A DNA stretch of 64,000 nucleotides from Xylographa opegraphella (Eukaryota), in contig JALDZX010000002.1 in the NCBI GenBank assembly GCA_022813865.1, positions 682,001 to 746,000 on the forward strand. The letters run 5' to 3'. The notes below the pieces were generated by a model that was not told the origin of the DNA, ran no database searches, and saw only the letters and a program-made list of their open reading frames with translations. Shown piece by piece: positions 37,954 through 48,835 of this stretch. Both the position numbers and the translations under genes were made by a program. Position 1 is the first letter of the stretch. Each line of letters begins with the position of its first letter.

Positions 37954-38471
37954 GTTGATGCTCACTTTTCCGTGAGAATTATATATCCGAGTCGATGCTC
38001 ACTTGTCCATGGGGAGTTATACAAGTTATACAGTGTAGCGTATCATGTGGGCTTGGACGATTCAAAATCTCGAAGAAATCAAAGCAGTGTAGAGCATGGC
38101 AACACAAGGTCATAAGACCATAAATATTCAGCGCATTCTATATTGGGGGATTGAAAATTTGAGTTATGATAGTTGCAATGCACAGCTGTTTCATGAATTT
38201 AACAGTTAATCAAGGGCAGTGAATTTGGGGGAAGCAGATAAATTCTGGACAATACAATACCTATCAGGTTATACAATATAGTATTGAATGATCGAGGGAG
38301 AGCAGTGCAAGTCTTCCAGTGTGGACGTCCGTATCCTATGGTAGGGCTGAGATAAGCGAGATCTCCCACACATGCAACTCCATCCAAATTTGAAGATCTG
38401 CTATTGAACTACGACATTCATCCTGCACCTCCGTTGATTGTCTTTTGCGCAAATCAGTTCCAACCGCCATC

Positions 38472-39478
38472 ATGCCCGGAGGCATCAGTGTTCGCGATGT
38501 GGATGTGAGTGCCAACAATCCCCTTGTTCCAAGTGCCAGTCAGGCCCAAGGTCATTATACGGAGGGGCTTTCAGAACGGCGCTGTTATCGAGCAAACAGT
38601 GTACGGTTCATCAGGAAGGACTTCTGAAGCCGTTCACGAGAGCCCTTTCTATTAAGTTGATCTGTAGCTAACGGTGGTGGTTTCTGTTTATAGGCGCAAC
38701 AGTTCATCAACGCCTACTCAGCCTTCTTGAAGAGACAGGGAAAACTACCTATTCCAGGTTCGTGTTTTCTACACTCTTGGTCTCATAACTGAAACCGCAC
38801 CCCTCGAACCTGGCACTGCTGTACTACGCGATGATCTATCAGCTGATAATTCATTTTTGCCTTTTGTTAGGTTGGGTTGACACTGTCAAGACTTCACACT
38901 CAAACGAACTTCCCCCACAATCCATTGATTGGTATGTGCACGACTCATCTCCGTCTCAGCCCCTTTGAGTCGTACCTTTTCGACATGCCAGACACCTCAA
39001 TATCATCAGCAGTGTCCTGAAACACTCGCTAATGTGTTTCGATACAGGTTCTACACTCGCGCCGCCTCCGTAGCTCGGCATGTCTATCTCCGAAAAACCG
39101 TTGGTGTGGGCCGTATGCGCAAAGCGCACGGCTCAACCAAAAATCGCGGATCGCGCCCAAGCCATCATGTCGATGCGAGCGGGAGTGTGGATCGAAAAGT
39201 TATGCAAGCTTTGGAGAAAATCGGAGTGCTGGAACAGGACGAGGAGAAGGGGGGTCGAAGGATCACACAGAGTGGGAGGCGTGATTTAGATCGTAAGTTG
39301 TATTTCCTGAAACTTGGTATACCGCACAAACGGCTGCGGCGAACTGCGGTTGTCGGCTGCGCGATTTGAAATTGACAGCAAATGAGATTATTTACGAGTT
39401 GACTGCTGACACTGCTCCTCGTGGCTAGGTATCGCACAGACCACCATCGAAGAAAGCGACGGCGAAGAGGAGGATTAG
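38472..39478 (+). CDS. RPS19: 40S ribosomal protein S19 (eS19), 5 exons
   Basis: MPGGISVRDVD / AQQFINAYSAFLKRQGKLPIP / GWVDTVKTSHSNELPP / WFYTRAASVARHVYLRK...GRRITQSGRRDLD / RIAQ; canonical introns. Confidence 0.97.
38561..38649 (+). promoter_or_regulatory. Candidate structured RNA element (three-way junction) in RPS19 intron 1
   Basis: GGAGGGGCTTTC (38561-72) pairs with GAGAGCCCTTTC (38638-49); GAACGGC pairs with GCCGTTC; two internal hairpins. Confidence 0.5.
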
Positions 39479-42156
39479 GAACAGGATTATGGCACGTGGC
39501 TGACGTTGCTTTGCAATTCGGAGGTTATCTCAGACGGCATTACGAGTTTGACTCAATCTGATCAGTGCCGTTGGATGACCAGATCTGCATACTCTGACCA
39601 ATGAAATGTGCAATACACACGGAATCGAAGAGCTACCCGCTGGTAGGCTTACATCTTGAAACTTGCTTCCCAAAACACAAGGGACAATCTTGGGATATCG
39701 CGCTTGCCTTCGTAGTGGTCGACCTGTATAATGCACGACAACATGTACGATGCATCGGGATCGGTCGGACGCCGATCGGCAAGCCTGAGGACCTTTGTCG
39801 TATCTTTTCCTTACCCTGAACTCCACTTCCTCCTCATACCTGCCACTTCGTAACGGCCTTGTTCCCTTGGTGCACCAGGTGCTTCAGCCGTACGAAGTCG
39901 TACCAATCGACAATCTGACTCGTTCGCCAGTGGCTGTAAGCCTGTGAGGAGAGACTAACCACTTCTGTGTCCGGGTCCGTGTCTGCATGAGTACGCCGGT
40001 CACAGCACACACCAATATGACGGACGTCAAGACGAAAGCATTGCCCATTCCAGCTTGACGGTGGATGCCCGTCGACCGCATTTGGATTGTCGGTGGCCCC
40101 GGCGACAGTGATATTTCGAGTTCACGATACCGTTGCGCAGGGGGATGGCGGTAGCAAGGGTCACCTTCTCGAAGGTCGAAAAGCTTCGACGGTCGAAACC
40201 CCCCGGGTCCTGGGACGGCCAATCGGGCCCTTTACCTGTGTTACTCGAAATAGATATGCCAACGTTCGTAATTCTTAAGCATGGAAATTCCGCCGCGTGA
40301 TTGGGCAGTGCGTCAGAAAGCGGGAGGCTTGGCCCAGGGGTAAGGGACTAGCGCGCCGGCTCCGAATGTCGGTGCATGTAGCATGTGGCATGTGGAGCCG
40401 GCGAGGCAGATTCACATCCACCGTTGTCGAGATGTTCGAAACACCACGCACACACTAGATATCCACGGCCAACAACGGCCGTAACTGGTCAGCTGAAGTA
40501 CTGGCGACGAAACCGCTGCGCGGACGAGCCGCTAACGGCTGCCGATCTTCACCACGGTAGGCTACGCTCGAACAGCCGCTGTTGCTCATCTCAGCACGCA
40601 CTTCGGCTAATCGGTTTACCAGCGCATGGAGGACGATCCTGCAATCCCGAATACGGTCCTGATGCTTGCACACCGGTTGAGGCAGCGAATGTGTCGATGA
40701 AGCACGGGCTGATGGAGGCGGAAGGTATAGCCACTCGTCCGTCGTAAAGAACGCCCGGGGTTAGGCTTACAGTTAGAGACTTTCGGGAGTGGTGAAGGAT
40801 GTTTGTTCCCCTGCCCAGGTCGTGGGTAGCACTTTTGCGTCATAGTGAGATTCAGACGATAGCCGAGGCACGTAACAGTGCTGGGGATGCGTGTTGGTGC
40901 GACGTCGATACCGTGTCATCTTCATGATTCGTCAATGCTTTCGATGTTCCCAGAATCGAAACCGACTTGCACCGCCGCCTAGTCGCCGATCGAAGTTAGC
41001 GCCTTCGAGCTACCGTTATCCGCCTAGCCGCGAATGGACAGACTCTAGCCCGTTCTTGTCGGCGTTCGCTTCGCTAAGCGCTGCGCCTCAGCCCTGAGCG
41101 GGGCGCGCGCACTCTTGGCCAATATCTGTCATTATCATGCTGCCAGTCTTTGCTACCTTACCTTGACGTTGGCTATTCTTGCTGCACCGAAAAGCTTCAA
41201 CCGCCATTCCACCTTGCCTTAGTCGCCCCGTCATGCACAATCCTTCGGCACGGCAAACGGTTAAGCCACGCACTTGCTGACCCGGAGCGTTGCGTCTGCT
41301 TTCATCCGCGACACGAAATGCCCCTCCCGACTCCCCGGTTGTTCGTCCGTTGGTCCCCCTGTCCGTGGCTTTGTCGCCAACCAGTATGAACGCGCCATTT
41401 ATCGCAGAGGCCCAGCGCTGTGGTTCGGTGCCGAGATCGTGACTCGAAGCTAAATCGGCAGCTGATCTGTGGGTAGTCTGCCCCAGCGCGCTGATTGGTG
41501 GACCGTCTCTGCATTAGGTCGACTTCCTACGTGAGTCTGCAATGGTCGTCCTCCTGTACAGTCGGTCAACTCCGTACTTTTGGCTTCAATCCCCGTTATC
41601 AGTCTGCTCTCTTACTCTGTCATGCTCCATCTCTTACCTTGCCTGACTCGATTCCTCTCTAGGCAAAGAGTCATGACTTTCTACCCAGCTGCCTGCCTAG
41701 CTCGCCGGTGCCTGAATTTATGACGCCCCACTCCTTTATCCTATCTTTATGCCATGTCTGCTTTTAGTTCGTCTGCTTCAAGACCGAGTCACAATCCCAA
41801 ACGTATATGTGCAAGTCCTTCGCCACACTTGTTCTCTCTCAGCCTTAATTTTGCCTGTTTCCAGTGCACTCATCCTTCGTTTTTCATGCTGCCTGGATTT
41901 CATCCTCCCGATCCTTGATCTCATTACATCCAGCTCCTGCAGCGCAGTCGCTGTCACTATTGTTGAGAGACTTTCCTCAATTCTCCATCTATATAATCCC
42001 CTGTTCCCGTCGCCACTTGCAAAACAAGACTTCTACCCTCATACCTTGTCCGAACGATATAACGACCAACAACTACCGGCCGCCATTACCACATACTACG
42101 CTAGCTAGCTATCCATCGCACCGGAGCCTTCGCCACTTCACCACCTTGCACTCATC

Positions 42157-42396
42157 ATGTGTATGCAAATCATTGAGAGGTACGCCGTGTGCAAATGCGT
42201 GTACCACACACACGCCGTCGACCCCTGCACCCGTGTCAATCAACGTGGCCATTACCCTACGATCAAAGAAACCTATGTCGGCTACGCCTGTGCTCGGCAC
42301 TCGGTCCGCGGTGCCCAACCAGCGGGCGGCTCCAGCAGATATCCCGATTCCGGATACTCTTCCGCCGGCCAATACCAGGATTCGCGCTACCGGTAA
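42157..42396 (+). CDS. 79-aa Cys/His-rich microprotein (putative zinc-binding)
   Basis: ATC ATG context; MCxQxxERYxxCxCxYHxHxVDPC...GH...VGYACxxH pattern, resembling small hypothetical proteins I recall from ascomycetes; likely 5' UTR intron 41531-41662 (GTGAGT...CTGAC...TAG). Confidence 0.75.
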   Translation: MCMQIIERYAVCKCVYHTHAVDPCTRVNQRGHYPTIKETYVGYACARHSVRGAQPAGGSSRYPDSGYSSAGQYQDSRYR

Positions 42397-43884
42397 CCAA
42401 ACCTCCGCATCTGAGCGCTACCACGGCTGGGGCCCAGTGCTACTCCGGGCGAAAGTGGCAAGCATGGACGAGGGGTTACTGTGGAGGATTCGAAGACGAG
42501 AATGCTAGCGTGCATTTACGGCAGCGACAGCGCCGGCTCGCTGTCCCTCCAGAAGGGTGGGAGACGGGAACGGCACCCCGTGGCACATGTTTTCTCTTAT
42601 AGGCGTCTCGGAGTCTCACTACTCTGCTCACGATTTTTGGTCCGGAGCTTCGGAGCGGCGCTTCGTTGACTCTGGCATGTACAAATACACCACTCCTAGG
42701 TTTACGAGAAGACGACAGGGGGCGAGCGGGCGTCAACGGGAGGATGGAAGCGGGGGGCGGTGATTTGTGACGGTGACGAGGACTTTTATGGAGCGGGCAC
42801 TGCCTTTCGTTATGACGGATCGTGTATGTGTGTGTGTGTGTGTGTGGAGGGACGACGCCACGGCTGGTGACGGACGGACGGCTGGGATGGGCTGGGGGCG
42901 GAGGGTATCAGATGGGCTCGGGGCGGAGGGGATATGCATTCGGATTCGGAGTCACACGGCTGGATTTCCCTGTATTCAATTTCCTTTCATTTCTCCTTCA
43001 TCTCGTGTCTTTTGTACGAACTTTCTTCCTCACAATCGGTCTTCGGAGCTAGGTATCCCATTGACCCGTTCCTGCATCTAGACCCTTTCTTCGGCCAGGT
43101 GGCGATGTGGAGTGGCATATCGAGTCTTTGTCTGCCGGCCAGGCGAGGGAGGAATTTGGGAGAATAGAGACGAGTCACCGGATCGGATTTCTTCCTCGTG
43201 GGCTGCTGCTGCTGCTGCAGGCAGCAGTGACGCGGCCGCTTCAGGCAGCGCTTCTGGGCCTTTTTGCAGTTCTACTTTTCCTTTTTTATCGCGCGGGCGC
43301 GCGCACTTTTGGCAATTAGGTAGTTTCTGGAGGCAGAATTTAACGTTTTCTTTCCATCGGGGCTCGCTTCTTGCATAGGTAAGGGAGTTGTGTGATTCAA
43401 GCGAGGTCAGCTGCTTGGGAGGTGGGTGGCGGGGGTGCGAGGCGAGGCGATGCGGGGTCGGGCCGGCTGATTGGGTTGGTGGGTGGACGCGGAGTACTTT
43501 AGGTAAGGTATAATGGTATAAAGGTACGGATGCACGACAACTTAATTCCTACCTTCAAAAGTACCTTACTCCTGTCATCGACACCGCTCCTTCTCGTATC
43601 GTTATCGTCTCGTCTTGTATCGTCATAGTGCCCTTAGGCTTCTCCTTCCTTCCTTCCTTTCCTTCCTTCCATTCCTTCCTTCCTCCGCGTCCCTGAGTCA
43701 TGATGCGCTCGCTACGCGACACTCCCTGGTCCTCGCCTTCAATCACCGCACCACTATTGGGAGGGGGGAGGGGTGGGAAGTGCATGACGCAGGTTCTCGG
43801 AGTGGGGAGGGAGGGTGGATGGGGTTTGGGGAGCCGGGGGGGAGGTGTTTGTCAGCGAGTGTCAGGCACGGGGGCGGTGGGTTT

Positions 43885-43921
43885 GGGATGGGGATGGGGA
43901 TGGGGATGGGGATGGGGATGA
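43885..43921 (+). repeat. (GGGGAT)n repeat in a G-rich intergenic tract
   Basis: About 6 copies read directly. Confidence 0.85.
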
Positions 43922-44334
43922 GGGATCGCGTGGCGGCTGCTTTTTGGTAGGGGTGCAGGGCGCCGAGGAGAGCAGAGGAGAGGAGGAGGAAGGGGTTTGG
44001 TCTGGTTGTTCAATTGATCTATCTAGCATAAGGTAAGGTAAGATACGGAGTACGAAGAAATAACGGCTTTCCATTGTTTGACGAAACTCGCCCCCACCTT
44101 TTTCTTTCTGCGCCACCCCCCCCCCCCTTCCCCCGGGTAAAGCCGTTGCCAAGACTGAACGGCTGCTTTGGGTTAGACGCCTACCGTCCAGGCTTGTTTC
44201 GCGATCCTGACTTCGTGCGTGAAAGCTTCCTTCGTGCTTCGCTGCCTGTCGCGTTCTGGCCTGCTGCTTCGGGGCGGGGCTAGTATATGCCACCAGAGTC
44301 ATCGGGTCACAGGCTTGATGGGCGCCGCTGATGT

Positions 44335-44388
44335 GGTGCTGCAGTGCCGATGCGGTGCTGCAGTGCCGATGCGGTGCTGCAGTGCCGA
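44335..44388 (+). repeat. 19-bp tandem repeat GGTGCTGCAGTGCCGATGC, about 2.8 copies
   Basis: Read directly. Confidence 0.85.
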
Positions 44389-45230
44389 CGCTCCGGTGTG
44401 GCCTGCGGAGTGGAAGGGGGGGGGGGCGACGCTCTCGCTGCTCAGGGACTGCTGGGGCTTTGTCGTTACAGGCCGGTGGCCACGAGGTGGTGCGGTAGGC
44501 TTATGCAGGCGCGGTGGATTGGGGGGAGGGCAGTCTGGGAGGGTGAGTGACAGGTGCCGTATGCGGCGGAGATCGAGAGGGAGAGATTTGGCTGGGAGGG
44601 TTCTATTGGGTGAGTTCTCTCTGGTGGTGTGGCCGATGGAGGGTCGTGGCTTATGAGGAGGGTGCTTTGTGGTGGGATGCCGGATGCTGGAGTGGACAGG
44701 GCTTGGAATATTTGCCCGGTGGTGTGGTTGGGTGCGTCTTACTGTCCGTATGTCGGATGGATGTCCGTGGCTGACAGATCACCCGATTGTGGAAGAAACG
44801 CCGGATGCCGCAATCAACGGGATTGGAAGATCTGCCTGATATTTGGCTACTGGGTACTTACGTCTGTCGTTGCGACAGATCGTGTCCGTGGCTGATGCGA
44901 CTACCTACTCGTCGCTGCCTCCGCCCAGTTTCATCTTCATCATGCCCTACGTGCCCGACGAGCCTCCTCTATCGCTCTTCGCCCGATATTCAGCCATTCC
45001 TCCCTTGTCCAATCGGGCTCGTTGGAGTCAGATGCGTGGTCTTTCGATTTTGCTGATTCATTTCAGTCATCGTTTCCTGGGGCTTTCGGGCACCAGATGT
45101 TGTTAAGCCCCGCTGCAGGTGTTTGATTGTCTGTGCATTCAGGTGGGTGTTTGTGCTTGCGGAGATGAGCGAGGAGCCTGGCATTCATGGCTGGTGGGCT
45201 GCACGCCCGGATCTGCTTGAGTTTCTTGAT

Positions 45231-45450
45231 ATGGCATATTTTTCAGGTGACCGATGGGCAAGGGCTGTTTGGCGTTGCATATGCGTTTGAGGTCTGGATA
45301 CGAGACTGCGGTGTGTCGGATGGTGCAGGTCTAGTTTGGGATGGCATATATTTCCGAGGCAGAAGGACAAGAGCTGTTTGGCGTTGCATATGCGTTTAAG
45401 ATCTGGATACGAGACTGCGGTTCGTCTGATGGTCGAGATCAGGTCGAGAT
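45231..45450 (+). repeat. Diverged tandem duplication of about 110 bp
   Basis: Core 45264-45312 versus 45373-45421 differs at only two G/A positions; both copies begin ATGGCATAT. Confidence 0.85.
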
Positions 45451-45795
45451 TAGGCCGAGTTCGTTTACCTGGGACAGGCTCTGCATATGTGTATGGAGGT
45501 TTACGCTCTTGAAACTCAGAGCGCCAACATATTTGAACAATCGAATTATCTACATGGAGCTACCGGGCGGAATATCAAAGAGGCTTTATGGGGGTTTTGG
45601 ATGGCCGAACGATATCCGGAGATATCTCGCTGCTGAACCGGTGAGACTGTACGTATCTGAGTTGGCTTGGACACCGGGGTCTGAATGTTGGATACCTTTA
45701 TTGCACCGGAAGTTACCTCCGTCGGAACGCCGAGATATCACTTGATAAATGCGTTGTCATCATCGAACATTCGGAATTTACATCCTGGTCTTCAT

Positions 45796-46851
45796 CTATG
45801 AGCACGGAAGAGGTTTATCCAGAGCAATATCTGCAATCATCACGAGATACTCCGAAGCATCGGGATGGTATGCTGGGTTATACACGTTTATACCGACTTC
45901 TTCGCCGTACACCTCAGCCAGCCAACTCTCAATATAGGATTCCTTGCATACTGGCTGTGGCACCTTGTCTTCGAGCTTTTCGCTGCAGTTTTCCATGAAT
46001 TGCCTGATTTTCATTGCTCGGATTGGCGGTTCTATCTGTCTATCTTCGGGAATCGTCTCGAGTTCGTCAATCGTCTTCATCTGGGTCAAGATGTACTGGA
46101 AACTTGTATCTTTTGGGAAGCTGACGCTGTAATCTTCGGCATGAAGTTCAGTGCGATCATCTTTATCACTAAGGTTTTTATCTTTCGTCGAAGCCTGGCT
46201 CCGCAAGCAACCCGTACGGGGTGAATTACCATATGTCACAGTTTGGACTCGCCGCGCATGGCGATTAGACCATCTATTATTTTCGTTATGCTTGAATGCG
46301 TAAGTTTCGTCATGGTCCAAAGCTATCCGGACAATGCTCGGGTCATGTGGGTGGGTTGCAACTGGTCCATGCGCCTCTGCAGATATGAGACAGTCTTCGA
46401 GGTTTGGAGTCTTCGACGCGAACAGATCGTCGGTTTTACCGAAATATGATTTGGTACTCAATTGCGGTAACATAGGATACTGCAGTATCCTCGGACTGTA
46501 TACTGATGTCTGGCTGATGACGGGATCTTGCCGAACTATCGAGCAGTCTGGTGAAGCCGAGGGGACGACCTGTTGCTCCAAATGCGAATCTTTTAGTTTC
46601 CGGTCATCTATCTCCGTGGAATTCATATATATCAAAGGATATCTGATAGATGGCGACGAGGATCTTGTCAAGGACGTTAGCCTTGAAGACAACTGGGCCA
46701 CGTCGTCAGGTATGTGATGAGCTGGTGAATTTGATCCGTTTAGCTCACGCTCGATCTGGCTGTCAGGAACAAAGCAAGCTAGCAACTCTTCAAGCCCTGT
46801 GGATGCATCGATGATATCACCCATCTGGTTGCTTTCACGTTCGAACTTCAT
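45796..46851 (-). CDS. Uncharacterised 351-aa protein sharing a motif with the 29971 protein
   Basis: Long ORF; LACFVPDSQIEREL versus WASFLPTNTQVEREI. Confidence 0.6.
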   Translation of the reverse strand: MKFERESNQMGDIIDASTGLEELLACFVPDSQIERELNGSNSPAHHIPDDVAQLSSRLTSLTRSSSPSIRYPLIYMNSTEIDDRKLKDSHLEQQVVPSASPDCSIVRQDPVISQTSVYSPRILQYPMLPQLSTKSYFGKTDDLFASKTPNLEDCLISAEAHGPVATHPHDPSIVRIALDHDETYAFKHNENNRWSNRHARRVQTVTYGNSPRTGCLRSQASTKDKNLSDKDDRTELHAEDYSVSFPKDTSFQYILTQMKTIDELETIPEDRQIEPPIRAMKIRQFMENCSEKLEDKVPQPVCKESYIESWLAEVYGEEVGINVYNPAYHPDASEYLVMIADIALDKPLPCS

Positions 46852-47545
46852 CTTGCTTGAATGAGTGATATTTTGTTGAACCGAATAAGTTGTGTTTCGA
46901 TTTCACTTGCTTTCTGCGGTGGAGGTAATCTTTTAAGGTTACTTCTTTGCTTGATACACTTGAGTTCAAAGTTCACGAGCAGTGAAGATGGTAATGGTCA
47001 AACAAGATAATGACGATGAAAGAAAGTGGAGAGGAGCACACGCGGAAGATCACATAAGCAAAGTCTTGGTGTGATTCATCAGTATAATAACACAGCAATT
47101 CTAAAGAGGTTCAACAACACCGTCGGAGACGGGTACTCTGGACTATCCTACGGCAGGTATCTCCAAAACCTTCCCGGTACCATTCCAGACCAGCTCAGTT
47201 TTTCAACGCCTCTGCTTTGGTACGTTCCATATCATAGCACATCACAATTCCCTGCAAAGCCCAATAAGCCGAAACGCCTACAGCAGCAACTCTATAGAAT
47301 CAGCAATTTGTGAGGTCATTAGTGGGGTGGAGAATACCTTCTGGAATACATTCTATACTATGCCTTATTGACCAAGGGTATCCTTACTTGGTGAATGATC
47401 CAAGAACGGAGAGCTATGACTTATTAGGGCCCCTTACTATTGGGTGAAAGTTGGAGAGCGTACATTTGATTTCAGGGCGTCAATTATATCACGAGCTCGA
47501 GGCCAGATCGAAGCTGCAAAAACAGACGAGGGAGTCTAGTTGCCA

Positions 47546-48013
47546 CTAAACCTTTTTCTTACGCGACGCAGGAGGAATATAGGGCCCGGATGTTTCGTTT
47601 GAAGATGAAATATGGTCGTGAAGCTTTCGTTGGCGCTTGTGCTCTCGAACAGTCGAAACCAAGTCAGCCTTTGGGTCATTGGTGGCAGCTGGTGAGCGGT
47701 GTCTTTGCGGCTGTAAGATTGACACGAGTCGCACCAGAGAAAGCCGAGGTAGGTCCATGTCCAAAGGTGGAGGCTCTGGAACTCGAGAACGCGCAGATAA
47801 TAGAATGTGATTCTGGAGGGGATCATTCGATATCGGTTCTCGCTTGCGTTTATACACTATTTCTGGAGTACGGATCTCGGCAAAGATTGCCGCATCTTCC
47901 TCGGAAAAGCCAAAGTCTTCGTCAACTACTCTAGCTTTTCGGATGCCCGGCGTTATTGCATACGGTGAGGGATCCCTTGCTGTTCCGCCATTCCTGGCCC
48001 AGGTTCTTGGCAT
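47546..48013 (-). CDS. Uncharacterised 155-aa ORF or exon sharing an acidic motif with the 50662 ORF
   Basis: DEDFGFSEEDAAIFAEI versus DDDFGISKEDEALMAQI; preceded by a branch/acceptor signal (CTGAC...AACAG). Confidence 0.5.
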   Translation of the reverse strand: MPRTWARNGGTARDPSPYAITPGIRKARVVDEDFGFSEEDAAIFAEIRTPEIVYKRKREPISNDPLQNHILLSARSRVPEPPPLDMDLPRLSLVRLVSILQPQRHRSPAATNDPKADLVSTVREHKRQRKLHDHISSSNETSGPYIPPASRKKKV

Positions 48014-48835
48014 GATGGACGAAAACTGCTGTTCGAGGCGATCATTAAACGTCAGTCATCAACAGCACGAGAGTTTCTGAATGAAGGGAAATCAACAGCA
48101 TGAAATCATATATATCTGCCCTACCGCTTGATGCCAATTCTTAGGTACAAAACTGTGTACAGAACGTAGATACAGCTTTTAAGAGAACGGAGTACGAAAG
48201 GCTCTGCAACAATACTATTCCTATGTAACTGGACTGTCTACAAGGCATGTGTTGATCATTATTGTGACCATGAGTTCTGGATCTCCAAGATGGTTGTGAT
48301 AAGTAGAATGACTGATGTCCCAGACTGACTCGAAGCTTACTAATATATACATCTCACGATACACATATCGCAACCCATGATGAAAGTTCTCAATCCGAAA
48401 AGCTGTTGTCGGTCTACCTCGGTGGCCTGCTTCTGTACAGTTCTTCGTCGGTCGTTCTGAGTGACCTTCAATCACTATGGAATATCCGGACCTTGAAGCA
48501 ATGGTGGGGGATGAGCTGAACGCTGGATTGGACATCTTCTGTGGAAGCCGGCGCCCTGATGCCGCCATAGCTCGGATGATACTGCCTTGATAGTGCAGAT
48601 GATGCTGACTTAAGCGCGGGTTATTTCCTTGTCCTCAGATGCCCGCTAAATTTCTGGACGGAGATGACGGCGGAACCGGTGCCCGCGCCTTGAATTTCCC
48701 TGGGGGAAGTCGTGACAACGAGGATTGAACTTTCTCAATCGTGGTAAGAGGCCGGGCCCTGAGTCGAATGTTATGCATCTGGACCGTGGTAGGTCTCCGA
48801 TGCACGAGGTATTGAGTTTGCGGCAGGTGAACTGT

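Noticed and set aside
42476..45745. ORFs such as GMGMGM / DGDGDG / CVCVC peptides
   Set aside because: Translations of microsatellites.
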